Assembly: GCA_016180945.1 (NCBI GenBank)
Contig: JACPAG010000002.1
Coordinates: 128,210-192,209, forward strand
Source of the DNA: Candidatus Aenigmatarchaeota archaeon
Lineage (GTDB): Archaea; Aenigmatarchaeota; Aenigmatarchaeia; GW2011-AR5
DNA length: 64,000 nt
Direction of reading: 5' to 3'
A model generated the notes under the pieces. The model saw only the letters and a program-made list of their open reading frames with translations. It searched no databases and was not told the DNA's origin. A program made the position numbers and the translations under genes. Within the stretch, counting starts at the first letter, position 1; every line of letters starts with the position of its first letter. Shown here one piece after another: positions 27,982 through 37,632 of this stretch.

Positions 27982-29643
27982 TTACTCTTCCATTCCATTC
28001 ATGCCGCCCATTCCGCCGGCTCCCGGTGGCATACCGCCCGGCATTCCGCCGCCTCCGGACTTGGCCGTGATGATGTCGTCTATTCTTAGAATCATTTCGG
28101 CAGCTTCTGTTGCTGATTTTATTGCCTGCGTCTTGATTTTCAGCGGCTCGATGACATTAAGCGTTTCCATGTCAGCCGCAGTCCCGTTTATGACGTCAAC
28201 GCCGTAGGCTTTTTTGCCTTTTTCATGCAGCGTTCTCAGCTCGACCAGAATATCTATCGGGTCCTTGCCGGTGGATTCTGCAAGCGTGCGCGGTATTATT
28301 TCAACGGCCTCGGCAAATGCGTTTATAGCCAACTGTTCGCGCCCGCCTACTGTTTCTGCGTATTCCCTCAGTCTGCGCGCAAGTTCTATTTCAATTGCCC
28401 CGCCGCCCGGCACGACCTTGCCGACCTCCAGTGCGCTCATAACGCCCAGGACGGCGTCGTCCATCGCGCGCTTCACCTCGTCGACCACATGTTCTGTCCC
28501 GCCGCGGACTAATATCGAAACTGCTTTCGGGTTCTTGCAGTCCCGCACAAAAATCATTTCTTCGCCGGCTAATTTCAGCTCCTCGACAAGGCCGGCTTCT
28601 CCCAGGTCTTTGGGCGTAAGCTCGTCAACGCTTGAGACGATGCTGCCGCCTGTTGCCTTGGCCATCTTTTCCATGTCGCTTTTCTTGACCCTTCTGACAG
28701 CGGCTATTTTTTCCTTGGCCAGGTAGTGCTGCGCCAGATCGTCTATGCCCTTCTGGCAGAAGAGAACATTGCAGCCGGAAGCTACGACCTTCCTGGTCAT
28801 ATCTTTCAGCATCTTGCTTTCCTGGTCCAGGAACGCCTGCAATTGGTCAGGGCTTGTTATTCTGATTTCGGCGTTTGTTTCTGTTTCCTTGACCTCCAAT
28901 GCCGCATCCAGCAGTGCAATCTTGGCGTCTTTGATCTTCTTCGGCATGTTGGAATGGACTATTTCCTTGTCGATGACCAGCCCTTTCACCAGTTCCGTGT
29001 CGTCAATGGAGCCGCCCTGCTTCTTTTCGATTTTAACGTCATCCTTGTTTATTTTTATCTTGCCGTTCTCCGTCTCTGAAACCATTCTGACTGCATCCAC
29101 GGCCAGCTCAGCCAGCGATTCCTTGGCAGCCTCGCTTCCCTTGCCTGTCATCGCCGTCATTGCAATCTTGGCCAGCGTCTTTGCATCGTTTATGGTAACA
29201 TGCTGGCCAAGGCCATCAAGAATTTCCAGCGCCTTGCTCTTCGCAAGCCTGTAACCGCGCAGAATAACAGTCGGATGTATCTCCTGTTCTAATAGGTCTT
29301 CAGATCTCTTCAGCAGCTCGCCGGCAAGCACAACCGCCGTTGTCGTGCCGTCGCCTACCTCTTCTTCCTGTGTCTTCGCGACCTCGACAAGCATTTTTGC
29401 GGCAGGGTGCTCTATCTCCATCTCGCTTAGAATAGTAGCGCCGTCATTCGTTATAGTGACGTCGCCGATAGTGTCAACCAGCATTTTGTCCATGCCCTTC
29501 GGCCCTAACGTAGTTCTGACAGATTCAGAAACAGCCTTAGCCGCAGCAATGTTCCTTGATTGCGCGTCACGGCCTGTAGTCCTTAGCGTCCCTTCGGGTA
29601 AAATAAAGATTGGTTGTCCCCCTAATTGTCCGATATTTGCCAT
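27982..29643 (-). CDS. ths: Thermosome (group II chaperonin) subunit
   Basis: [31 protein letters not shown]-terminal GGM tail. Confidence 0.98.
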   Translation of the reverse strand: MANIGQLGGQPIFILPEGTLRTTGRDAQSRNIAAAKAVSESVRTTLGPKGMDKMLVDTIGDVTITNDGATILSEMEIEHPAAKMLVEVAKTQEEEVGDGTTTAVVLAGELLKRSEDLLEQEIHPTVILRGYRLAKSKALEILDGLGQHVTINDAKTLAKIAMTAMTGKGSEAAKESLAELAVDAVRMVSETENGKIKINKDDVKIEKKQGGSIDDTELVKGLVIDKEIVHSNMPKKIKDAKIALLDAALEVKETETNAEIRITSPDQLQAFLDQESKMLKDMTRKVVASGCNVLFCQKGIDDLAQHYLAKEKIAAVRRVKKSDMEKMAKATGGSIVSSVDELTPKDLGEAGLVEELKLAGEEMIFVRDCKNPKAVSILVRGGTEHVVDEVKRAMDDAVLGVMSALEVGKVVPGGGAIEIELARRLREYAETVGGREQLAINAFAEAVEIIPRTLAESTGKDPIDILVELRTLHEKGKKAYGVDVINGTAADMETLNVIEPLKIKTQAIKSATEAAEMILRIDDIITAKSGGGGMPGGMPPGAGGMGGMNGMEE

Positions 29644-29724
29644 ATTCCATCCACCTCGATTTTATAGTTTTTAATCTCCGGTTTTCCCGGAAGAAATGCA
29701 ATTTTCTTTTGCCAGCTTTTCAAA

Positions 29725-29755
29725 ACAACTAGACGCACATCAGTGCGTCAGGTTG
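29725..29755 (-). repeat. Family E hairpin repeat
   Basis: CTGACGCAC-N4-GTGCGTCTAGTTGT on the reverse strand; copies at 42995 and 47761. Confidence 0.65.
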
Positions 29756-29807
29756 CCAAAAGCTGGTATACTTCCATACACAGCTATTGTGCAAAAGTTT
29801 AAAAAGG

Positions 29808-30695
29808 TTAGCCTCTCTTAAGAAGTTTTCGCAGCTCCCTGGCGCTGCTCAGTTCACGGAGCTCTTTTTCTTTTATAGACGGCACGTCCAGAGAAGTTTC
29901 CTCTTTTGTTACGGCAAGAACCGGCATTTTTGCGGTTTTTGAAAACCTGAGAAGCCCTGATTCGTTTTTTTCCAGATATTCGTTGTCGCCGGCCTCTGAC
30001 AGCACGATAAACCTTTCCCTCGCTATGATATTAAATGGCGTCTGGTACACCAGTTCCGTTTCAAACCCCAGCTTGTTCATGTCCCGCGAAACGTGCATTT
30101 CAAAGGCATTTTTCGCGTCGTTTGGTTTCACATTCAGCTGAAAGTCGCTCAAAGAAAAATGTTCCATGATGCTGGCTCCAAGGGCCTTTTCCATTTTCTG
30201 CGCTGTCGTATATTCAGTATTTGCAGTACTGCGCTCATGCTCGTATACGCTTTTTTTTGTTATTTGTGCCTTGTCGGCTAACGCCCTCTGCGTCAGCTTT
30301 TCTTTTGCCCTGCCCTCCCTAAGCTTCTCTGCGTTCACTTTTACAAAAAAACCGCCGCGAAACCTGTAAAGGAAAGGGAGTTCCCTGAAAACCAGTATGT
30401 TTTCCAGCGTTTTCGGGGTTACTGTAGGAATTTCAAATCTGTCGTAGATGACACCGTTTTCCAGCGTTTCCCGCCTGGTTCTCTGCCCTATTACGAGCGC
30501 CGTGGCAGAAAGAGTCGTTGAAAGTATTTTGAGATTGTTTGCTTGGCTGAACTGCAGAGAATCGACGTTGCCCAATAATTTTAAAAGAACCATGTCCCTT
30601 TTTTTCCTGCCAACTACGTCAAAGCAGCCCGAATATTCCGAATAGTCATACTGTGCCTCTTCCAGTATGCTTATTACCTCTTCCCTGATTTCCAT
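29808..30695 (-). CDS. Archaeal Cro/C1-HTH transcriptional regulator (COG1395-like)
   Basis: CFDVVGRK..LLKLLGNVD, FYRFRGG-type segment, LTQRALA...SVYEHE HTH. Confidence 0.82.
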   Translation of the reverse strand: MEIREEVISILEEAQYDYSEYSGCFDVVGRKKRDMVLLKLLGNVDSLQFSQANNLKILSTTLSATALVIGQRTRRETLENGVIYDRFEIPTVTPKTLENILVFRELPFLYRFRGGFFVKVNAEKLREGRAKEKLTQRALADKAQITKKSVYEHERSTANTEYTTAQKMEKALGASIMEHFSLSDFQLNVKPNDAKNAFEMHVSRDMNKLGFETELVYQTPFNIIARERFIVLSEAGDNEYLEKNESGLLRFSKTAKMPVLAVTKEETSLDVPSIKEKELRELSSARELRKLLKRG

Positions 30696-30749
30696 AATCA
30701 GAGTTAGTCTGCAAAGATTTAAAATGTTATAAATGCATTTCTTAAGGTC

Positions 30750-31014
30750 GGGCCGGTAGCTCAGTATCCATCCCTTTCTTTCAAAAGAAAGGTCTGGATC
30801 AACCCCAAAGAAATATGGAAAATATTATCTTCCATAGGAACATGGGGTTGATAAGGGCGAGAACCCTAGGTTCTTGCACTTATTGGGAATTGGTAGACTT
30901 CGGCGAGATGTTTGTTGCCGAAGTTCTCGTAAGAGCACTAGTCTTATACGACAGCTGAGCTGAAAAATAATCTAAGATAACTAGCGGTCGAGAGTTCGAT
31001 CCTCTCCCGGCCCA
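30750..31014 (+). tRNA. tRNA-Ile(UAU) with canonical 37/38 intron (30949-30978) and large hairpin-rich D-loop insert(s)
   Basis: Acceptor GGGCCGG/CCGGCCC, A73; anticodon arm CTAGT-CT-TAT-A^A-ACTAG; BHB central helix CTTA/TAAG; T arm GAGAG-TTCGATC-CTCTC. Confidence 0.85.
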
Positions 31015-31090
31015 TTTAGGCTTTTCTTTTTAGAAAAAAGAAAAGACCTATGGAAAAGAAAAAATAATATTGGATATGACGCAACATAAC

Positions 31091-31122
31091 ATAATATGGC
31101 AATCGACTTGCGAAGCAAGGGG
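31091..31122 (+). repeat. Family G element, minimal form
   Basis: ATAATATGGCAATCGA-CTTGC-gaa-GCAAG-GGG. Confidence 0.65.
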
Positions 31123-31229
31123 ATATATACAAAGCAAAACCGATATCTATTTATACCGTATAAAATCAACTTTGATTTAGAAATATTTCAAAGGTGATAA
31201 AAATGGCAAAGAAAAAAAAGAGATAAGTA

Positions 31230-31350
31230 ATCACATCTTCCTTATATACCACCGACCAAAGTCGGTGGTTTGTGAGAAGATGGGATCCAGATGAACATTG
31301 TATTTCATCCATGGTCTAAAGACCATGGTTTTCAATGTTCATCTTAGATA
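31230..31350 (+). mobile_element. Family C element, minimal 121-bp form
   Basis: ATCACATCTTCCTTATATA-CCACCGAC-caaa-GTCGGTGG...CCATGGTC-TAAA-GACCATGG-TTTTCAATG...CTTAGATA. Confidence 0.8.
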
Positions 31351-31354
31351 ATCA

Positions 31355-31759
31355 TCAAAAAAATCTGGTCCTGCCAATTTTTCTTTTGTTTTCTCTTCTC
31401 CATGTAACCGAAATCTTCTGTTCGTGTCTTCTCCAGTTTCTTTTCCGTGACAAAACAAATCTCCTTTCGACTGCAGTCGCAACCCTGTGAGCCTCCCTGT
31501 CTACGTCAAAACCGTATTTTTTTGACACGTATTTTTCGACGCATTCGTGGACTAGCACCGGAAGCAAATCCTGTTTTTCGACATACCTGCTCACATAAAT
31601 TATATTCTTGTGCCTGTTCCAGTCTGCAACGTTTTTTTCATGAATTAATTTAAAGCGGTATGCTATTTTCTTCCTGAGAAAAAACATGGAAACTGTTTTG
31701 CCGTTGATTTTGACGCTGCTCACGCTCTCGGAAGAAAGTCTTTTTATCAGCGGTGCCAT
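31355..31759 (-). CDS. Hypothetical basic protein with HExxE...H motif
   Basis: LVHECVEKYV...EAHRVA. Confidence 0.6.
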   Translation of the reverse strand: MAPLIKRLSSESVSSVKINGKTVSMFFLRKKIAYRFKLIHEKNVADWNRHKNIIYVSRYVEKQDLLPVLVHECVEKYVSKKYGFDVDREAHRVATAVERRFVLSRKRNWRRHEQKISVTWRRENKRKIGRTRFF

Positions 31760-31802
31760 ATTAATTATTTGTCTGGTTTATAAATATTTTCTCTGTCAGA
31801 AG

Positions 31803-32327
31803 CTATGCTCTTTTCTTTGAGAAAATAGAAATAAATCTTCCTTCATAAAGGAGTTTAACAACTTCCTCGGGAGAAAATATGCGCCCGTTCATGCAGACAT
31901 AAATTCCCGGTTTTAGTTCCTGAACTTTTGCAACCGAGTAGCCAAGATTAAACGGTGCATCAGAAGGTGCAAATCCTATTAAGGGAATCAGAGAACCCGT
32001 AAAGACTATTGTCTGGTCATTTCTCTTCAGTCCTGACTTTAGGTATTTTGCAGTATCCGGCATCGCATAGGTCCCGTGTGTGATGATGATCTTTTTATGG
32101 GGGCTATTTTGGATGACCTTTAAAATATTTTCCATGTCGTGTTGATTCATGGCTCTGCTGTCCTTCATGCAAACTTCTGTAAATTCTGTTTTTTCGTGGA
32201 GCTTTAGGCTCTTTATGAAAGAAGGAATGCCTGAACGCTCAGCGGGGACTGCGGTGTCTCTGGTCCCGTCATAAACAGAATCTATGGTCCCTCCTGTAAT
32301 TACAAAATGTATTATCTCGTTTCCTAT
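31803..32327 (-). CDS. Stand-alone asparaginase N-terminal-domain protein (no in-frame ATG before the first motif; possible ATA start)
   Basis: In-frame upstream extension IHFVITGGTIDS, then MKDS, ITHGTYAM, GSLIP, DAPFNLG. Confidence 0.78.
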   Translation of the reverse strand: MGNEIIHFVITGGTIDSVYDGTRDTAVPAERSGIPSFIKSLKLHEKTEFTEVCMKDSRAMNQHDMENILKVIQNSPHKKIIITHGTYAMPDTAKYLKSGLKRNDQTIVFTGSLIPLIGFAPSDAPFNLGYSVAKVQELKPGIYVCMNGRIFSPEEVVKLLYEGRFISIFSKKRA

Positions 32328-32361
32328 AAATCTATCATTCTGATAGAGTTTTTAAATAGAA

Positions 32362-32841
32362 TCAGCCCTGGTAATACGCCTTCCTTGTCTTGAATTCAAG
32401 GGTTTCCCAGTTCGTGGAAAGCTTCTTGCAGACCTTGCCAAGTTCAGTCCCTAATTCACTGTTCCAGAAGTCCCACGTCTTTCTTATCCAGTCCAGCGTT
32501 TGCTTTTCGTTCGGCCTTACGATAAGCAGGTTGTTCTCCCATTTGAGGACCTGTAGTTTTTTGTAAATAGCGAATAAAGTTTGACGCTCTTCCTTTGTTA
32601 CCATGTTCTGCTCTACCATGGACGCAAAACAATCAGAGCCCGCTACTATAGGCTCCAGAATCCGCTCTGTGAATGAAAAAAGCCTCTCGGAAATCTCCGT
32701 CCTGATGTGGTCGAATATTTCATTCTCGTCTTCGATGTCGAACTTGAACGTTTCCCTTAATTGTGTGAGATGCGGCAGGTTGAATTTCTCCTGCGCCTTC
32801 CTGTATCGCTCAATAATTTCGGGGTTCATCGTAATAACCAT
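32362..32841 (-). CDS. Hypothetical helical protein
   Basis: Clean ORF MVITMNPEIIERYRKAQEKFNLP... Confidence 0.65.
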   Translation of the reverse strand: MVITMNPEIIERYRKAQEKFNLPHLTQLRETFKFDIEDENEIFDHIRTEISERLFSFTERILEPIVAGSDCFASMVEQNMVTKEERQTLFAIYKKLQVLKWENNLLIVRPNEKQTLDWIRKTWDFWNSELGTELGKVCKKLSTNWETLEFKTRKAYYQG

Positions 32842-32972
32842 GATATGGAAACTATAAAAGTGTTTGTATCGTTCTTTTGTGGGATTAAGTAAACTGAAAT
32901 GCTGATAAGGCAAAAATTTTGGGTTTTGTCCAGAACAAAATATTTCATCTTCGCTGCATACCTATTTTGACT

Positions 32973-33120
32973 TTATAGTGAAACAAGAAAGTAATACCAT
33001 ACTACAGCTTGTTTCACAGACACCCAAAAAGCAAAGCTTTTTGGTGCACCAGAAAACTTTGTTTTCTGCGTGTAGTCACCAAAGGTATAGTATCCTGATT
33101 ACCTCTTTGGATGACTATAA
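32973..33120 (+). mobile_element. Family B element, 148-bp form with one paired-hairpin insert
   Basis: TTATAGTGAAAC...ATGACTATAA ends; 52-bp insert ACCCAAAAAGC...CTGCGTGT. Confidence 0.75.
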
Positions 33121-33141
33121 AAGGTTTTTCTCCAAATTTAA

Positions 33142-33798
33142 ATGATTGAAATGCGTCTTGTCATAAAGATAGGAGGCTCTTTGTCTATCGGCAAGGACGG
33201 CCCTAAAAAGGAATATTTCCGCCGCCTTTTGCCGGTTTTGAAAGAACTTGACAAAAATAACCAGCTTATCATATCAATCGGGGGCGGCCGGTTCATAAGA
33301 AAATATTACAAGGCAGTCGAGAAACTCGATCTGACACCTGAACAGATGGAATGGATTGCAATAGAGCTTCTCCGCGTTAACGTCCGGTTTCTCTCTTTTC
33401 TGCTGAACAAAAACTCTATATTCACCCTTCAGGAAATGGGAAAAAATACCTCTGGCGTGATAGGCGGCATCCGCCCTGGCCGCTCGACTGATGCGAACGC
33501 CGCTTATGCAGCCGGCGTCATCGAAGCGGACTATTTTGTCAAGTTAACCAACGTGAACGGCATCTACGACAAAGACCCCAAACGATACAAGAACGCGAAG
33601 AAGCTCAACCATATTTCATTTGACCAGCTTAAAAAATACGCATCCGACGGGAAGCCGGGAAAATACGGCGTCCTCGACAAGCTGGCCATCGAGACGGTAG
33701 CAAAAAACAGGATAAAGACCGTCGTCATGAACGGGAAAAATCCGTCAGACCTTCTCCGTCTGCTGGACGGCGAAAAGGTCGGCACACTTATATCATAA
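33142..33798 (+). CDS. pyrH: Uridylate kinase
   Basis: VIKIGGS, GGGRFIRKY, PGRSTDANAA, TNVNGIYDKDP. Confidence 0.93.
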   Translation: MIEMRLVIKIGGSLSIGKDGPKKEYFRRLLPVLKELDKNNQLIISIGGGRFIRKYYKAVEKLDLTPEQMEWIAIELLRVNVRFLSFLLNKNSIFTLQEMGKNTSGVIGGIRPGRSTDANAAYAAGVIEADYFVKLTNVNGIYDKDPKRYKNAKKLNHISFDQLKKYASDGKPGKYGVLDKLAIETVAKNRIKTVVMNGKNPSDLLRLLDGEKVGTLIS

Positions 33799-33898
33799 TT
33801 GACTCGGCGGCTATCATCCAGAGAAACAGCCCGATGTAAAGCACGACAGCCCCGAAAGCGATATACTTCTCTTCCTTGGTCAGTCTTTTGGCAGGCAT
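33788..33898 (-). CDS. Putative micro membrane protein (36 aa)
   Basis: MPAKRLTKEEKYIAFGAVVLYIGLFLWMIAAESIMI*; single TM; overlaps the pyrH end by 11 nt. Confidence 0.4.
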   Translation of the reverse strand: MPAKRLTKEEKYIAFGAVVLYIGLFLWMIAAESIMI

Positions 33899-33936
33899 AA
33901 TTAATTCTTTATTTTCTTTGTTTATTAAGTTTTTGA

Positions 33937-34008
33937 TGGGCCCGGCAGGAATTGAACCTGCGGCCTCTACCGTGTGAAGGTAGCGTCATACCACTAGACC
34001 ACGAGCCC
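33937..34008 (-). tRNA. tRNA-Val(CAC), intronless
   Basis: GGGCTCG...CTACC-TT-CAC-AC-GGTAG...GCAGG-TTCAATT-CCTGC-CGGGCCC-A. Confidence 0.95.
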
Positions 34009-34050
34009 AGATTTAAAAGTATTGTCACAAATCTATAAAAGTGATTTACC

Positions 34051-34404
34051 GTGGAAAATAAAAGAATTCTTGACAAGGTTTTGTTGGATTTTTTAATAGG
34101 CGGTGCCCTTGTTTCTCTGGCGATATTTATCGGTATTTTGACTTCACCTTTGATAGGGGGCATTATTGCAGCGCTGCCTATACGCGTAGGTATAACAATT
34201 TTACTGGGGGGCTTTCATGAAGGGGAAGAATTCGCAAAAAAAATGATAGAGGGCTCCCTTCTCACTTATGTGCCGACTTTGTTTTTCTTTCTGACGCTTT
34301 ACTTTACAGCAGACAAAATCGGCCTTTTAAAATCATTTGTCTTGGCGTCTTTTGTGACATTAATTTCACTGATAATTGTATTCAAATTAGCAGGAAAATT
34401 CTGA
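34051..34404 (+). CDS. Small 4-TM membrane protein (DUF3147-like)
   Basis: FLIGGALVS...GGIIAALP. Confidence 0.65.
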   Translation: MENKRILDKVLLDFLIGGALVSLAIFIGILTSPLIGGIIAALPIRVGITILLGGFHEGEEFAKKMIEGSLLTYVPTLFFFLTLYFTADKIGLLKSFVLASFVTLISLIIVFKLAGKF

Positions 34405-34413
34405 TGTGATTCT

Positions 34414-35257
34414 ATGAAATCCACAGCAACGGCAAACGCAAACATCGCCCTTGTCAAGTACTGGGGAAAGCGGGATGATAAGCTAATTCTTCCACAAAAC
34501 GGTTCCATAAGCATGACGTGCGAAAGCCAAAGTCGTATCGCAATCAAACTTTCCCGTGGCTGCCGGCTTGGCATCTTCGGCTTCTGGATTTGCTGCCCTT
34601 ACCTTGGCAGCTGTTTCTGCCGCTGGCATGAAGCTTAACCAGAAAGAATTGACAATTTTATCCCGCCAAGGCTCCGGTTCGTCATGCAGAAGCATAGCCG
34701 AGGGCTTTGTCGAATGGTACCGCGGAAAGAAGAGTGACGGCTTGGACAGCTACGCAGAAACCATAGCCAAGAAGGATTATTGGCCGGAGTTCAGGATGAT
34801 AGCCACGATAGTCTCGGAAGGCAGGAAAAAAGTATCCAGCAGGGCCGGCATGGCCCAGACGGTTGAGACGTGCCCTTATTATATCGGCTGGCTGGAGACT
34901 GCAGAAGAAGACTTGGAGATTATAAGAGAAGGAATAAAGAATAGAAATTTCTCTGCTGTCGGACAAACAGCAGAATACAATTGCCTGAAAATGCACGCGC
35001 TGATGATGACCACAAAGCCGCCTATTCTATACTGGATTCCGGCTACTGTTGAGGTTATGCACGCAGTACGGCATCTCCGTGAAGAAGGCCTGGAATGCTA
35101 TTTCACAATAGACGGCGGACCGCAGGTCAAGGTTATGTGCCTGGAAAAGGACGGAAAAGAGATAAATAAACGGTTGTTGGAGCTCAACGGCGTAAAGAAA
35201 ACAATCACGTGCAAGCCCGGAGACGGGGCAAGAATAATCGACAGGCATTTATTCTGA
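34414..35257 (+). pseudogene. mvaD: Diphosphomevalonate decarboxylase with internal deletion and frameshift
   Basis: [15 protein letters not shown]...SISMT in one frame, [19 protein letters not shown]...TIDGGPQV in another; junction at ~34521-34525. Confidence 0.88.
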
Positions 35258-35297
35258 TAGGCATGATACAGCATTCAACGACAAGATTTGTGATGCT

Positions 35298-36140
35298 ATG
35301 AACAAGGGGCATGAATACGTTCTTCTTGCGGTTATGCTCTGGTCTTTCGTCGCGATTATAGTCCGTTTATTGAACCCCTTCATAAGCATAGAATCAATGC
35401 TCTTTTACCGGTCTTTTATTGCCGCGGCGGTGCTGATTCTTTTTGTTTTTATAACCAAAACAGTGAAATTTAGCGGGATGAACAGGCAAAAACTTGGAAT
35501 CTACGCAATGCTGGGATTTCTCTATACGTCAATGCTTTACACCATGATGATGGCATTTGTCAATACCAAAATAGCAACAGCGCAGTTTCTCCAGCAATTG
35601 TCGCCTGTCTATACTTTTATCTTTGCTCATTTCCTGCTGAAAGAGCGCGCCAGTTCAAAAAATTATTACGCGCTGGTTTTGGCGCTTTCAGGAACTCTTT
35701 TGGTATTCTATTTTGAAAGCGGCAGCCTTTCCAGTTCGTTTATGGGCAACGTATTCGCGTTGATTTCCGGCATATTCTTGGCGGCTTATCATACATTGGC
35801 AAGGCATCTCAGGAAATATTCAGGACTCGAAATTTCTGCATGGGCGTTTATCTTCGGGACTATAATGATATCTTTCTCGGCTTTTGACAAGGTTTCTCTG
35901 TCGGCGGATAACTGGCTCTTGCTTATAGGGTTGGGCGTTTTTTCCACCGCACTGCCGTTTCTTTTCTGGGTCAAATCCATGAAATACATCAAAGCGCAGG
36001 AAGCTTCTGTCTTGTTGTTGCTGACGCTGATTACTATACCGCTTCTTGCATTTTTCTTTTTCAACGAGATTCCGTCACTAGGCGCGATAGCCGGTGGCGC
36101 ATTGATTTTAGCGGCTTCGCTGATAATGTTAAAAAGTTAG
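35298..36140 (+). CDS. DMT/EamA-family transporter
   Basis: About 10 TM segments in two EamA-like repeats; LSPVYTFIFAHFLLKE. Confidence 0.85.
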   Translation: MNKGHEYVLLAVMLWSFVAIIVRLLNPFISIESMLFYRSFIAAAVLILFVFITKTVKFSGMNRQKLGIYAMLGFLYTSMLYTMMMAFVNTKIATAQFLQQLSPVYTFIFAHFLLKERASSKNYYALVLALSGTLLVFYFESGSLSSSFMGNVFALISGIFLAAYHTLARHLRKYSGLEISAWAFIFGTIMISFSAFDKVSLSADNWLLLIGLGVFSTALPFLFWVKSMKYIKAQEASVLLLLTLITIPLLAFFFFNEIPSLGAIAGGALILAASLIMLKS

Positions 36141-36156
36141 CCAGAACTGTGATTCT

Positions 36157-37182
36157 ATGATAAAAGTCTCAGCTCCTGGTAAGGTCCATCTGATTGGAGA
36201 ACATGCCGCCGTCTACGGCGAGCCTGCTATAATTGCTGCCATAGGCAAGCGTTGTCATGTACAAGCTGACAAAGCTGACGATGTACGGATAGAGAGCCGC
36301 GAGCTCAATACAGAGCGCATATACCCATTGTCAGAAACCATAGCTTTCACAAAAAATGTGCAAAAATTATGGGACACAGGATTTGAAGCAAAAAACTTCT
36401 CGCAGTTGTTTGGATTCATGAAAAGAGACGGCATGTATCCTGCCAAGGCAGCCATCGGAAAGGCATTGATTTCTTTGGGCATTGATAACGGGGTGACACT
36501 TAAAATTTCTTCTGATGTGCCTATTGGTTCTGGCTTGGGCTCGTCATCTTCCATGTCAGTAGCAATTGTCAAAGCTATAGCCGAATTGTACAAAAAAAAT
36601 CTTACGCTAGAACAGATAAACGAAATCGCTTTTAGCATCGAACAGTTCAATCACGGCACTCCTTCTGGCGGAGATAATTCTGCATGCTGCTATGGCGGTC
36701 TTATTTGGTTCCAGAAGAGTAACCCGAAAAATATTATCCAATCATTGAAAGCAGAGATACCTTACAAATTAGAGAATTTCGTTCTTGTTAATGTCGGAAA
36801 ACCGGAAAAAACTACAGGCGAATTGGTCCAGCACGTCAGAAACCTGCCAGAAGATTTTCGCAATCCTCGTATAAAAGCAATAGGCGCTGCAACAATGGCT
36901 ATGCGCGACGCACTGGAACAAAAGGATTTCGGAAAGATGAAAGCACTGATAAATTTTGCGCAGCGTTACCTGGCTGAATTAGGCGTCTCAACAAAAGAGA
37001 TAGACGACGTTTCAAAGGCCGTTTTGTCCATCGGCGGGGCGGCAAAACTTTGCGGCGCCGGAGGCGGCGGAACAGTCCTTTGTTATCATGAGAATAAGAA
37101 TAAGGTTATACAAGCTATACAGGAATTAGGCTACACACCTATGGAAGTCGAACTTGGAACTGAAGGTGTCAGGAAGGATTAA
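36157..37182 (+). CDS. mvk: Mevalonate kinase
   Basis: APGKVHLIGEHAAVYG, PIGSGLGSSS, HGTPSGGD, KLCGAGGGG (GHMP motifs). Confidence 0.92.
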   Translation: MIKVSAPGKVHLIGEHAAVYGEPAIIAAIGKRCHVQADKADDVRIESRELNTERIYPLSETIAFTKNVQKLWDTGFEAKNFSQLFGFMKRDGMYPAKAAIGKALISLGIDNGVTLKISSDVPIGSGLGSSSSMSVAIVKAIAELYKKNLTLEQINEIAFSIEQFNHGTPSGGDNSACCYGGLIWFQKSNPKNIIQSLKAEIPYKLENFVLVNVGKPEKTTGELVQHVRNLPEDFRNPRIKAIGAATMAMRDALEQKDFGKMKALINFAQRYLAELGVSTKEIDDVSKAVLSIGGAAKLCGAGGGGTVLCYHENKNKVIQAIQELGYTPMEVELGTEGVRKD

Positions 37183-37204
37183 AATATAAGGAAAGAAAAA
37201 ACAT

Positions 37205-37507
37205 TTAAGCGACGAAGCTGTCGAAATACGAAGGAGGACGTGTTCTATCGCGTTCTTTTCCTTCTAATCTAAAGCCGACCTTTTCTAGACTTCTGATATG
37301 TGCATCACTTATAGGGCCGTCCACGCTTACATCTATTCCTTGAAACGTATCGTAACCATCATAGGTAACCTTCACTCTTTCTAATTTATAGCCAAAACCA
37401 GATATCTGACCTGCTAGAATTTCTGCTTCAGGGTCAGGATCAGCCCAGCCTCTCTCAGGCATAAATCTATACTCAGCCAAATACACCACCTCATTTTTAT
37501 TATCCAT
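37205..37507 (-). CDS. Hypothetical protein
   Basis: 100 aa ORF on the opposite strand inside the MVA cluster; no recognisable motif. Confidence 0.5.
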   Translation of the reverse strand: MDNKNEVVYLAEYRFMPERGWADPDPEAEILAGQISGFGYKLERVKVTYDGYDTFQGIDVSVDGPISDAHIRSLEKVGFRLEGKERDRTRPPSYFDSFVA

Positions 37508-37632
37508 GAAATTTTCTTAAACCAGACATCCCACGCCGTAGTAAAATAAGGGATAAATAGTATAAAATACAAAAATATAGGGCAAGGTAGCGTATTCTAA
37601 CGTTTTAAGAATTTTGTACATGAAGTTTCTTT

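Noticed and set aside
30945-30947. AUA reassigned to Met
   Set aside because: ATA encodes a conserved aliphatic position in the thermosome motif VTITNDG, and the tRNA has an Ile-like acceptor with A73
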